Notes under the pieces: model-generated
Told to the model about the DNA's origin: nothing
Database searches by the model: none
Seen by the model: the letters and a program-made list of their open reading frames with translations, nothing else
Origin: Mobula hypostoma
Lineage: Eukaryota
NCBI RefSeq assembly: GCF_963921235.1
Contig: NC_086108.1
Coordinates: 53,322,001 to 53,386,000, forward strand
Reading direction: 5' to 3'
Length of the DNA: 64,000 bases
Shown: positions 1 to 12,700 of the stretch, in pieces
Numbering within the stretch: position 1 is the first letter of the stretch
Layout of the letters: each line of letters starts with the position of its first letter
Program-made: the position numbers and the translations under genes

Positions 1-299
1 CTGGATCGTATGCTACAACCGGTTCTCCCCAGCGTATTCTCTCTTTATCTCCTCTCAAACAAAAGCCCAACACCAATCTTATTGTCCCTCACTGAGAAAA
101 ACCTCCTGCTAATTGGATGGCACACATTCCACATCATCCCTTATCTTCAACAATAACACAAACAGGCTGAAAGTAGAACAAGTAGCTCTTACAAAGCTGC
201 TAAATGAAATACCTACAGCATAACAGTAAAGATGTGAACCAGGGCACGGCATGAAGATGACAACAATTCAAGAGCTGGAAAATTTCAGAGTAACTGGCT

Positions 300-1490
300 T
301 GTTTTTTTTTGTAATTTTTTTAATTGAAGTTCATCAAACAAACATTTCCATCTGATGTACTTCAGATACTGTACATATATATCTAATATTTGTCACAAAT
401 CTCCACATAATATTTGTCTGAGGTATACACTTATAGAAAGGAGAGGAAAGAAAGAACAATCGAAAGAAGAAAACTATGTACAAAGTAGGGAGTGATTTTT
501 TTTTACAACATATTCATTGACTTGTGAGTATAAAATCAGGCCGATGAGGTGTTATGGAGTTAAACCATTTTTCCCAGTATGAATCAAATTGTTCCAACTT
601 ATGATTAACAGATGCTGTTACCTTCTCTATTTTGTAAATGTCCATTGTAATTTCCATTCATACATTTAAAGTTGGACTTTCCTGTGATAATCATTTCCTG
701 GTAAGGGCCTTTTTACCAGTCACCAGCAGTATATTCACTAAATATTTATCTCTTTTCAACCATTCTTGAGGTATATACCCAAAATATATGGTCTTACTCT
801 CTAAGAGTATTTCACATTTAAAGATGTCTTGTAGGGCATTATGTATCCCACTCCAATAGTCTCTGATAATGGGGCATTCCCAGAAAATATGATAATGGTT
901 TGCATTTTGATTTCCACAATTTCTCCAGCAAACAAGGAGGTTACTATCATAATGGGATTTCTGAGAGGGTGTAATAAAATATCAAGTGTTTCCACCCAAA
1001 TTCCCTCCATTTCTGTGAACTGGTACACTTCCATTGATACCTCCATAATATTGTCCAGTCTTCCTCAGATATTATTATCCCTCCTTCCTTCTCCCATTTT
1101 GTTTTAAAGTATGAAGTTGAATGTGTTTTAAGATTTGACAAACCCTTATACACGCTTGAAATGATTCTACTACCGTTGTCTGAATTATATGCTTTTCTAA
1201 ATACAGTAACTCTATCAGACATGTACTTTCCTTGGTTACATTCTTAACCGTCCTATTAACATACTGTCGCATCTGTAAATACTGGTAAAAGCCTTGTTTT
1301 TCTAATAAGTGTTTCTCTTTGAGCATTTCAAAACTGAACAGTGTTCCTTCTTTCATTATATTGCAAATAGTTGTCATTCTTTTAGCTGTCCAGTCCTTAA
1401 ATCTAGCATCCAGTTTATTCGGCGCAAAATCCGAGTCATATGCACACCATTTAAGAATTGCAATGTTTCTGGCTATGTTTTTATACATTA
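300..1490 (-). mobile_element. L1/Tx1-clade LINE, 5'-truncated ORF2 3' end with A-rich tail
   Basis: Minus-strand frames give ISEEDWTILWRYQWKCTSSQKWREFGWK and the CCHC knuckle CWRNCGNQNANHYHIFWECP; the T-run at ~302-321 is the poly(A) on the minus strand; frameshifted. Confidence 0.85.
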
Positions 1491-2149
1491 AGTAAGTCTA
1501 CCTCAATGCAGCATGTAAATCTGATCCTGTACACACATCAATGCAATTTACGACAAAGGGTGACTGAAGAGTTATCAACAAAAATAGTCCTGGTGCTTTT
1601 ATTTTGCCCCATCTTTTATTTGAGCCTGTCATAACATTGGTAGTTCTGGTTGCAGTTCATCATTATAGGATGATGATGAACCAATAATCTGTCCAATTGG
1701 TATGAGTTTTCAAATCGCACATAAGGTTGATCTCTAGGCTTAGTGTATACCTTTTTTGAACTTCCTAAATTTTCTTCTCATGAGTCAACAGTGTGAAAAT
1801 AAAAGCAAGGTAGAATACAAGAAAGATACAAGAAAATGAAGGTGCTCCATACAGGATCTTGGCCATACCTCTGCCTTCATTTATGCTGCCTGATCTGCTG
1901 AATTCCTCCAGCAGTTTGCTTTTTTGCTGTTGGGGAATTGAGGTCTAAGAAATTACAGAAGGGTTTTTTTTTTCTGAAGCCTCAAAGTCTTTTGATCAAA
2001 CTGAAAATTAAGCTTGCTCATTATGAATTATGTCTGTTGAATGCTACTCCACAGTATATTGTTAGGAGATTAAAACTCCAGGTCAAAAATTGCATATGAG
2101 CCATATGATTCAATGCTGCACATTATCTTATTGAGATTTAATCAGAGAA

Positions 2150-2405
2150 TTAAACATGACAACCCACTGTATTGCTGAAGAAGCGCCATACTATCAGAAA
2201 AGATGTTAAGCCAAAGTTCTAGCTTCCCCTTTAGATGAATCTTCCCATGGTGTTTTTACAAGAAGGATAATCTTCCTAGTGTGCTAGCAACATTTATGTT
2301 ATTATTGCATTAGTTGTTGTATTTATAACTGAGCAACAATGATTACTTTGGGACGTTCTGAGGGTCTTGTAAGATGCCATGTAATTGTAAGTGATGTTTT
2401 GTTCC
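2150..2405 (+). mobile_element. old Deu-domain-type SINE remnant with L2-like tail
   Basis: Degenerate match to the Deu domain (gatgttaagccaaag..cccatggtgttttt..agaagga..cctagtgtgctagcaacatttat) followed by an L2-type tail (ctttgggacgttctgagg..agatgccatgtaattgtaagt). Confidence 0.5.
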
Positions 2406-2417
2406 TTTGAGCATAGC

Positions 2418-3160
2418 AAAGTTCAAAGTATATATCTGTCACCATATACAACCCTGAGATTCATTTTCTCGTGAGCATACTCAATAAATTGAATAACCAT
2501 AATAGATTTAATAAAAGACCACACCAACAGGATGGCCAACCAGTGTGCCAAAAGGCAACAAACTGCAAATACAAAAAGAAAAATAAGTAAATAAAGAATA
2601 AATATCAAGAACATGAGATGAAGAGTCCATGAAAGTGAGCCCTTAGATTGTGGGAACAGTTCAGTGATGGGGGAAGGTGAAGTTGAATGAAGTTATTCCC
2701 TCTGATTCAGGACCCTGATGCTTGAGGGGTAATGCCTGTTCTTAAACCTGGCGGTGTGAGCGCACTGACCTCCCCATATTCAAGAAAATCTTCAAAAGGT
2801 GGTGACTGAAGAAGGTGGCATCCATGGTGAAGGACCCTTCATCCATGATGAAAGACATGCCTTCTTTGATTACTATGGTCAAGGACGAGATGCAGGAGCT
2901 TGAAGATGTTCACTCAGCATTCTAGGAATAGTTTCTTCTGCTCTGCCATCAGGTTTTTGAAGACCTGAGACCTGAGGCTCCTGTACCTTCCTCCTGATGG
3001 TAGGAGCGAGAAAAAAGCTGGGTGGTTGGGGTACCTGATGATGGATGCTGCTTTCCTGCAACAATGCACAAAGGTGGGATGGGCTTTACCGTGAAGGACT
3101 GGGCCATATCCACTACTTTTTGGAGGAGTTTCTATTTATGGACATTGGTATTTCATATGG
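2418..3160 (-). mobile_element. Rex1/Babar-type LINE 3' fragment
   Basis: The 3' end at ~2420-2470 is the reverse complement of the element end at 57050-57120; remnants of [10 protein letters not shown] / RNSF coding motifs. Confidence 0.75.
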
Positions 3161-3627
3161 AGCATAGAAGCAGTGCATTTGTCTTAAGTCTTAAAGATGC
3201 CCTACTCGGCTCTTTCTCTGTTTAACTTTCCTGTCTCATTTGTGTTAGGAATTTTAAGAGCAAGAAAGGAGTATTAGGCACAATATGACTGTCTATATAC
3301 TGTAGATCCCAATGTCACCAAACTGCCATATTGGTTTTCTTTTGTGTAACCCTTTTTCTTTAGGATTCAATACACTTGTTTTTCTTGGTGATTAATTTCA
3401 TTTGTTTGGGAAAAGTCAATATTGGCTTTCTTTATAATTCTGATGTCCTATATTTAATATCTATGTTCCCTAATAACTGAGTCCTTTCTTATAAAAATTA
3501 AATGACATAATTTCAGCATTTCATTTCACATTGCATCACTTCTTCATTGTGAAATGTTATTAGTGGATGAGTAATTTTTACATGGCATTCTAGTCTCACA
3601 AATATTTGTGCTATTATTTTTCTGCAG

Positions 3628-3714
3628 AAAGGCGAGAAGATGACACATGAAGAAGTTAAAATGATTATGGATGAAACTGATGTTAATAATGATGGAAAAT
3701 TGGATTATAATGAG
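3628..3714 (+). CDS. EFCAB7: EFCAB7 exon, EF-hand ([29 protein letters not shown])
   Basis: ttttctgcag acceptor, gtattg donor, 87 nt, phase 0/0; EF loop [12 protein letters not shown]. Confidence 0.95.
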
Positions 3715-6700
3715 GTATTGAAATGTAACATTAAGCTGTTCTTACATTTATCATGCTTCTCATGGAAAATCCAGGAGAAGTGTGCTCTACATTTCTGGAA
3801 GGTATTTGATCAATTTTAGTGTCCTGGAGCAATTGTAAAATATAGCTTCACCTTTTCTCCAATTTTGTCTCCTTGAAGCTTCTGAATTTATACTACCACA
3901 CTTACTTCTTCTTTTAATTGTCTTTCTCAACTGAACATGTCCACTTACCTGTTGAGATTATGATTTTCCTCCTTTCCTTCTACAGACTCTGAATCTAATA
4001 ATTCCACTTTTTCACAACTCTTTCCTTTTGAATTCAGTTTTTCCATTCTCCTCTAATTTGTCTGCTATCCAACCATTTTGGGTATCAGCCCCTGTGTCTA
4101 CTTTTTAACCATATTCATGGATAATCTTTTATCCATATCATCTCACATTCTTTAAATACCACAGAAGGTGCTGACAAGGTAAAAGGCCAAGCATGCTCCT
4201 ATCAGATCGTGGAGCAGACATAGAGGGCCAGCTCCTTCTGTTTCTTCAATATTTATGGTATTTGCCATGATATTTTGCTTAAAGAAAATTTGCAGGAACA
4301 CACAAATCCTTTTGCCAGAATTACATTGTGATGTGAGAAAGCCTATTGTCTGCTCTGATGGGACAGAAGCTGAGGAAAACAGAGCATAATTAATGCTGTG
4401 CAGGGAATAGAAATGCCAAAGGAGAAAAGTTATGGGAGGGTGATGTATTTGCACGTGTGCATTGTCTAGTCCATATGGTAGGGTCTTCTCCATAATCATT
4501 TTGGACCTTCCTGCCATTGGACCAAGACTTCGCTTTGTTGAGATATGATAGCTAGTGTGCAGCAGCCATTGACTGTTAAAAGAAATCACACAGGGGCATC
4601 TCCTGTTTCTCGGAACTGGAAGCAAGGCATATTGATCCTGAGGGACACCTAAAAGGATATTTATTGAAATTTCAAGCTTGAATTTATTTTTTTGCCAATT
4701 ATAATAAACGGCCACTGTAGTTCTGCATTAATTTTTATTTACGCACTAGTAAAAATCTTTGTTGCCAATTTTATCACAGTCATGTATTTTACCTCAAGAG
4801 TACAGGTTCTAAAATGCAGAGAGACTACTGGACTATTTATTTGTGCATGTTCATCAATATTGGGTGCTAGGAGAAAAACCTGGATTAATTAAATCATAAG
4901 AATCAGTGAATGACTTTGAATGTGCAGGAATTGTATATTGTCATTACCAATTTACTTATAGTTTATTATAGAACTATGAAAAAAGTGCATTTACCTGAAG
5001 TTTTTATAAACTGAAAATCCTGCTGCTGTCTGTAAGGAGTTTGTATGTTCTCCCTGTGACTGCATGGGTTTCCTTCAGGTGCTCCTGTTTCCTCCCACAG
5101 TACAAAGACATACTGGTCGGTAAGTTAATTGGTCATTGTAAATTGTCCTGTGATTACATTAGTGCTATACCTGGGATTGCTGGGTGGTGCGGTTCAAATG
5201 GCTAGAAGGGGCTATTCCATGCTCTTTCTCAATAGTAAGTAATAAAATAATAATTTACCAAATACACATATGAAAGCACATTTCTCAGCAAAACCTAAGA
5301 GTAATGCTCTTATCAGATCGTGGAGCAGACGTGGAAGGACCAAATGGCCAACTAAGAAATCAATAAAAACTTAAGAATTCTTGCTGAACATATAGTGGAA
5401 TGTAGATGATTATTATTCAGCGTTTTGATATGAAAAAGTAGTTAATTGGTTGTAATTTTTTTCTGTTACCTGTAAGGCTGTGGGGTTATTTCTTTTTCAA
5501 AGTTCCATAAATTAGAAATTTATAAACTAATGGCTAAGTTTGTTTTGTAATGTTTATATCATTTGTTAAATGATTGAAATTAAATGTAGGGTACATATTT
5601 TGCACATGCAGATAGAATATAAAATAATTAGAAGGTAAAATACTCAGATAATTCCTGATTTCCCACCCCCCCCCCCAACAAACAGTATTACCTGCCAGGA
5701 ATTCAAAATCACATTATCCCTTTATACCAAAGCACTTTAGTATGAGAAGTTACCCTTCCTTTAATTTAGTATAGAAAATAGTGCCATAGTTGTTGTAATA
5801 TAAATATGTTAGAATTTCTCCTGGTTAAGATAGAAACACCTCAAGGTAATGTTTCTCCAGAGAGAGCAGTGCTGTAAATAACAGCTATGGGAAACTCGTT
5901 TAACTAGGTCTGTAAAAGGTATCAGGATGATTAATCAGTAATGACCAGAATTGAATTAGAATTGTTCAGTTACTGATGCTGTAGAATCCACTTTCCTGTA
6001 CAGTATATGTAGTGTAAAATCTACAGAACAGCATGTTATAGAATTACTACTACCCGAAGCTATGTTGGAACATAATGGGATATTAGCATTGAACTGGATT
6101 TTATGATTTTAAAATAGTAGTGTGGCTATCTGTGTTCACCATTATTAAAGCGGGACCAGCTTCCTGTGTCTGCATGCATACAGATAATTGTGGAAATCAA
6201 GAAGTTATTGGTTTCCTTGTAGGATCTATGAATCAGAATTAGACGAATCGGAATCAGGTTTAATACCACTGGTGTATGTCATGAAATCTGTTGTTTTGAG
6301 GCAACAGTACATTGCAATACATAATAAACTATAAATTACAATAAGAAGTATATGCGTTTATTAAACCATATTAAGTAGTTCAAAAGGTGACACACTGAGT
6401 GTGTGTCTTCAGGCTCCTTTACCACCTCCCCGATGGCAACAATGAGAAGAGGGCATGTCCTGAGTGATGGGGGTCCTTCATGATGGATACCACTTTTTTG
6501 AGATACTGCCTTTTGAAGATGTCCTTGATGCTGGGGAGGCTAGTGCCCATGATGGAGCTGGCTGTAGCTCACAAATTTCTGCAGTTTTTTCCCGTCTTGT
6601 GTAGTGGGCCCTCCAAGCCAGACAGTGATGCAGCCAGTTAAAATGGTACACCTGTAGAAATTTGTGAGAGCCTTTGATGACATACCAAGTCTTCTCAAAA

Positions 6701-9700
6701 TTAACAATGAAATATGGCTGCTGTCGTGCCTTCTTTGTAATTGCATCAATATGCTGGACTCAGGATAGATCTTCAGAGATGTAGAAACCCAGAAACTTGA
6801 AAGAATAGTTGCTGGGCAAGTCCTAACAGTTTGCCTGAACGGTTAAGTCCAAGGTGGGGAATCATAAGCAAAGCAGGGAAAACTCCAAATTCCTCGTGCA
6901 CCAATTCCTAAACAATCCTTTGTTTTAAAAAATGCAGTATCTTCATAAGGAGAAACATTTCTCAACATAATACAACTTTTTTTTCCAAATGATTTGAAAA
7001 CACACAAGAAATGAATCAGGTTTAATATTACTGGCATATGTTGTGAAATTTGTTGTTTTGTGGCAGCAGTACATTGTGTTGGCATTTCTCATTCTATATT
7101 GGTGATTCAACTACATAGCGTGTTCATGAAATTGCAGTATTTGGTTACCCACTAGACATGCTAGGGAAGTTAAATATTTATTGACTTTTTCTTTTAAATA
7201 TTTTGTAATAGATTATAAAACATATTATGATCAAATTATAATTTGATTTTCCTCTTTCTTATTTTGCTTTGAATATGATTTGTCATTGAATTAACTATTC
7301 CAATTTGCCTTCAGTCATGCTGTTTATGATTTGTCAATTCTACACTGGGTGGTCATTTTGTTAGATGCAGGAGTGGCCTATGCTTTATGTGGTCTTATGC
7401 TGCTGTAGCCCATCCACTTTGAAGTTTAACATGTGCATTCAGAGATGCTGTCCTGCACACCTCTGTTGTAACAAGTGATTATTTGAGTTACTGTCGCCTT
7501 TCTGTAAGTTTGAAACAGTATGACCATTCTCCTCTGACCTCTTTAATTAACGGACTGTTTTTGTGTATAGAACTGCCACTTAATGGATTTTTTTTTGTAT
7601 TTTGCACCATTTTCTGTAATCTCTAGAGACTGTTTGCATGAAATCCCAGGAGATTAGTAGTTTATGAAATACTCAAACCACCCCATCTGGCACCAACAAT
7701 CATTCACACCAAAGTCATTTAGGTTTCATTTATTCTTCCTTCTGATGTTTGGTCCAAACAACAAATGAACAAGTTGGCCATGTCTGCATGCTTTTATGCA
7801 CTGAGTTGCTGCCACATGATTGGCTGATTAGATATTTACATTAACGAGCAGATGTATCCAATAAAGTGGCCACATAGCATATGTTCTGATTTGTTAAAGA
7901 GATACCATTACTTAACATGATGTAGAGATACGAGATCCCTTGCCAATACCTCTAGAAAGTCTGAACAAGGATTAAAAAAACAGCTGATTCTCTTTACTTT
8001 GCCTTTGACTGCAAATCTGAAGTATTATATTCAGGTACCTTAATGTCTACTTTTATTGAAATTAATGTACTGATGATTCAAAATTGACTTGTATAAGCCA
8101 AGTGGATTTGTCTGTGGTTTTATTTTAATATAGATTTTGATTATATTTGGTCTTTGCTGATAGATAGAGAGAAAACAAGTGACCTGAATTGCTGGCACCT
8201 CTCAGTGTCATTTACAATTGTACATTAGAGAAAGTTATTATGCAACTAGTCTAGTAATAGGGTAAGTTTAATTTGAGGCTTAGAAGCCATCTTTTTTGGC
8301 CAATTGGTTAAGATTGACAGTCCCACTCTAAAGTACTTGTCATGCCCCTGTGTATATTTCCTCTTCCTTCAGCTGTATACACAAACTTGAACTTAAATGT
8401 GTTATTACTGGCATTTATTAAATGGGATTTAAACAGATCTAGCATTTGAAGACATATTTGTAGTGATTGATTTCAGCTGTGATAAATTGTACTTCAGTCA
8501 TGTGCTTGTTAATCATTTTTAGTTCCTTGTTAAACAAAGTCACAATTTTGAAATACTCGTTCATTTTCAAATCTCCGTGCTCATCCTTCTCTATTTCTGT
8601 AATTTCATCTAGACTTGTAACCCTTCAAGCTATCTGTGCTCCTTTAATTACAACCTCTTGTTTATTCCCAAATTTCATAACTTGCCATTGGCAGCTGTGC
8701 CTTCAGCTGCTATGGTCCTAAGCTCTGGAATTCACTGCCAAAACGTCTTGGCCTCTCTATCTCTCTTTCTTTCTTAAGGACATCCCATACAATCTACCAC
8801 TTTGACTGAACTTTTCACCTGCCAAATAACATTATGAGTGGTTCACATCAAATGACTTAAGAAATATTGCTTTGTTAAATATGCCATGAAATGTAAATTG
8901 TTGCAAAAACACGTGATAAAATCTCAAAAGTTAAGTTTAAGGTCAAGTTTTAGTTACCTTCTTCATAATAACATTGCAATCCTCTGAATTATCTAAAGGA
9001 GATTGACCATTCTGGGATGTGCTTTGAAGGTACAATTTGGACATAATCTGTTATTTTTGGTCCCAGACAAGAAATTACATCACTTGCACATGTATAGCTG
9101 CATCTTCCAGCTTTTATTGATAGCCATTGAAATATTTGATTCTTACTCTCCTTATAATTTTAGAAGTTATAAACATTCAGTTTGTGCTGCAATCTATGCA
9201 CTTTCAAATGCTCATTTGCTGTCACTTCACTTACAAATGATTTTCTTTCTCTCTAACCTCTTATGTTTAATCTTGTTAATCTTTTCCTCTTGTGACCTTG
9301 ACTAACTTCTATAAAACTTAGCAATTTACATTTAATTATGGAGCCTGAACCTGTATTATGAATTCAGAATAGCAAGTTTTCATATCAATAGAAAACTCAG
9401 TATCTAAAACTTCTGAAAAGAAAAAGATTTTGTAATTTTAACTCCTGCAAGTATATGAAGGAGTAGATATTCTTTTCCATTTTTAATTTACTGGAAAATG
9501 TTCATAATGCTGATTGTGCAAACACAGTACTGATTTATATTGCACCTCTACAGTTTTGTAGATTATTTCTGACAACAATTGAAACAAGTCAAAAGAATGC
9601 AGTAGCAAGGTTAGATGCTAATGCAAAGATGAAACAACAGCAATTTGGAAACTTGACGTCACTTGAATTTTCATCCTTACCTTCAACAAAATCACTGCAG

Positions 9701-12700
9701 GGAGCTTCTCAAGATCAAGAAACTGAAACAATTCCCAGAAAAGGTAATATAGCCACAACATTTATTTTATATAATATGTCACATTTTGAATAGACTGCTG
9801 TATTTTTAAAAAATAGAATCGGTACTTTAAAAATTTGTTACTTTATATTACAACTTTTAATAATGCCATGATAAATAATATAACCCACAGAACTGCAATA
9901 AATACCAGAATGCACCTGTATTAAATTTAAACTAAACTGCAATATACTGCAGTTTCATTAAAATATTGAATCCTATGATAGAGAAATATTTTGTTGAATA
10001 GATTTAATTGGATAACCTTTGTGATTGTGAAATGGCGATTCATAGTTTAATTATAGGTTTCTTAAAATGTCACTTCCAAAATATTGCAATTATATTGATA
10101 TCCAAGTTAAAACAAAGGTTCTGACATTTATGTTAATTATTTGGTAGGAGGTACAGATATGAAAGGAAAAATGGCAGTTAACTCTTGAAGTTATTTTGGT
10201 GTTTTGAGAATGGATGCAAGTATATCCAAAACAAACATTTTTTTTTCTGATCAGAGATATAGGAAATGTACCTTTGAGTGGAATTACAATAATTGGTTAA
10301 AAGATTGTATTTGTAATATACGTAGCTATGCCTTTTATGTTGTTCCAAGTTCTGTGATTCTTAAAATATAAATGTAAATATAGATTCTCATTTTATTCAC
10401 AATTCTATTACAGGTGATGTTAGACTTTCATCAAGACCCTCAACTGCCCAAAGTCGAAGGACATCTGTTTCTTCTACAATTAACATGGGAGCTATTACTA
10501 CAAAGAGTCTTAAATTAGCAGAGCCCAAAACAATAAAGGTAATTTTCATATCTATGAAATCTGTTCTTTTATAGTTAAAAGTAAAAATTGCAGATAATGC
10601 CTCAGAAATACATACTCAGTTTGTATGTTTGTGAAACAAATAGTAATGTTTTGTTTGAGATCCAAATTCAGCATTGCACATATTATTTGTATCTTTAGCT
10701 ATATGTATAAGGTCTAGTAAGGTGATAATAGAGCTTCAGAAAAATTTCTAAAGATAAAATTGTGTTGAATAAAGGGAATGAAAATTTTCACTATTTAAAC
10801 TATTCTGAAAATATTGCATTATTACTTCATGTAATTCTCAGCAAAATATAGTATGATTATATAAATGTTACCTATCTACAGGTTTGTGAGTCCATACTAA
10901 AAATAATAGCTCAACATAATTAATGTTATTTACACCATTGGCTCTATTGAAAGAAGCACAGAAATGACACGGTATCCCTCAGGACATTATATCCTATATT
11001 TCTCAAGCTACTGTGGTGACATTATTGATTACTGGTTACTCTGACATGGAATTTTGTGCATTTCTTATATCAAAATGGAATGGACATAATTTTCTCCTAT
11101 TGTGGGAATTCTGTGAATTTTGAAAATACTCTTTAAAAAATAAATCACATTTAATTGCAAAGTAAAGCAAAAATCTACAAATGTTGGAAATCTGAAATAA
11201 AAAAAGGCAAAATCCTGGAAGTATGTAGTGAGGCAGTCATGAAGTGGTATTTATTTGCTAACATTTCCCTACTTTTTCCCCTCAATACATCAAGCTCACT
11301 CAATGCTACAGTGCTGGCTGACCTTGGGTACCTTACCTAAGTGCCATTCTTCAAAATAAGCCCAGATAGTGTGTGGTGATATGCTGTCTGACTGACTTTA
11401 ACAGGTGGTGTAGCTGAGCCTTATTTTCTGGAGTTAATTTTCAATGTCATGAATCACTTCACTCTTGTGTGAAGCTGTTGCTATTCTTTGCATGTCAGTA
11501 TTGAAAGAGTTGATATTGCACCTCCAGTTGACAAAACCACAAAGCTGATAAAAGATAATAAAAGTTATTTGTCTGTAAAGATTCATAGATTTGAGAATGC
11601 CCCAGTGCAGTAAACCATCTTGGTTCACTTTATGATATACTCAACATTTATTCTGGTGATCATTTTAACTTCCTGGTGTGGTGCTACGGTCTTAGAATTT
11701 TACAAATCTAAACATGGAAAAAAAAAATTAGCTTTCCACCAAAGCCAAGTGGGATTAGGCAGTGCATATTAACCTATGGAGTTAAATGAATGAAGAAATG
11801 TTTAGGAAAAAAGGTTTAAGAACTTGTTCATTTCACTAAGTGATGTGATTATGACCTATTTTAACTTGCAGGCCCAGATTCTGTCCCAGATCTGTGCTGT
11901 GTCAGAGGTTTAATCGAAGATGATGTTAGATTGATTTTTTTCCTTCTGGGTGAGGAGAAGCTGGTTTGGGTTTTGTGGTCAGTAGCCAAGTGGCACTGCT
12001 TGACATTGACCTTATAAAAAGCAACCTTGAAATTTTCAGAAGATTTTTTTCCTAATGCCTTTGTCAAGCGTCAACAATGGAAGATTTAAAAAGCTCCTAA
12101 GAAGAGATTTTTTTGTGTAATATCAAAACAAACAGTTTCTATGAATATATAAACAGGAAGAAGGTGGCTAAAGTAGTTGTGTATCTCTGGTAAATTATCT
12201 TATTATTGTGTCATAAATCAAAATACAATGAAAAGCTGATATTTGCATGCCGTCTGACAGTTCATTCCATACATAAGTAGGTCAAGGAAGCATAAAAGAT
12301 TACAGAATATAGAAACAGGTGTGGCCTCCTATATACCAGTGAGACACGATAGAGTTTGGGAGACCGCTTCACCAAGCATCTACACTCTGTCTGCTAGAAA
12401 ACGCGGGAGCTCCCAGTGGCTGCCCATTTTAATTCCACTTCCCATTCCCATTTTGACATGTCAGTCCTTGGCCACCTTTACTATTGCAATGAGGCCACAC
12501 TCGGGTTGGAGGAGTAACACCTTATATTCCTTCTGGGTAGCCTCCAACCTAATGGCATGAACATCGATTTCTCGAACTTCCGGTAATTTCCCTTCCCCTC
12601 CCCGCACCACTATTCCCCGTTCCCATTTACCTCTCACCTTATCTCCTTACCTGCCTATCACCTTCCTCTGGTGCTTCTCCCCCTTTCTTCCGTGGCCTTC

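Noticed and set aside
1..251. Possible LTR end (terminates ..gggcacggCA, contains CCAAT boxes)
   Set aside because: Cut by the window edge, with no second LTR, PBS/PPT or TSD visible; it cannot be supported.
4152..4715. 187-aa minus-strand ORF
   Set aside because: No recognisable domain or splice context; it is antisense within an intron and probably a chance ORF over an old repeat remnant.
9554..9561. Alternative acceptor ttttgtag 8 nt into the exon
   Set aside because: Its use would shift the frame and remove the conserved FC residues that follow the EF-hand.
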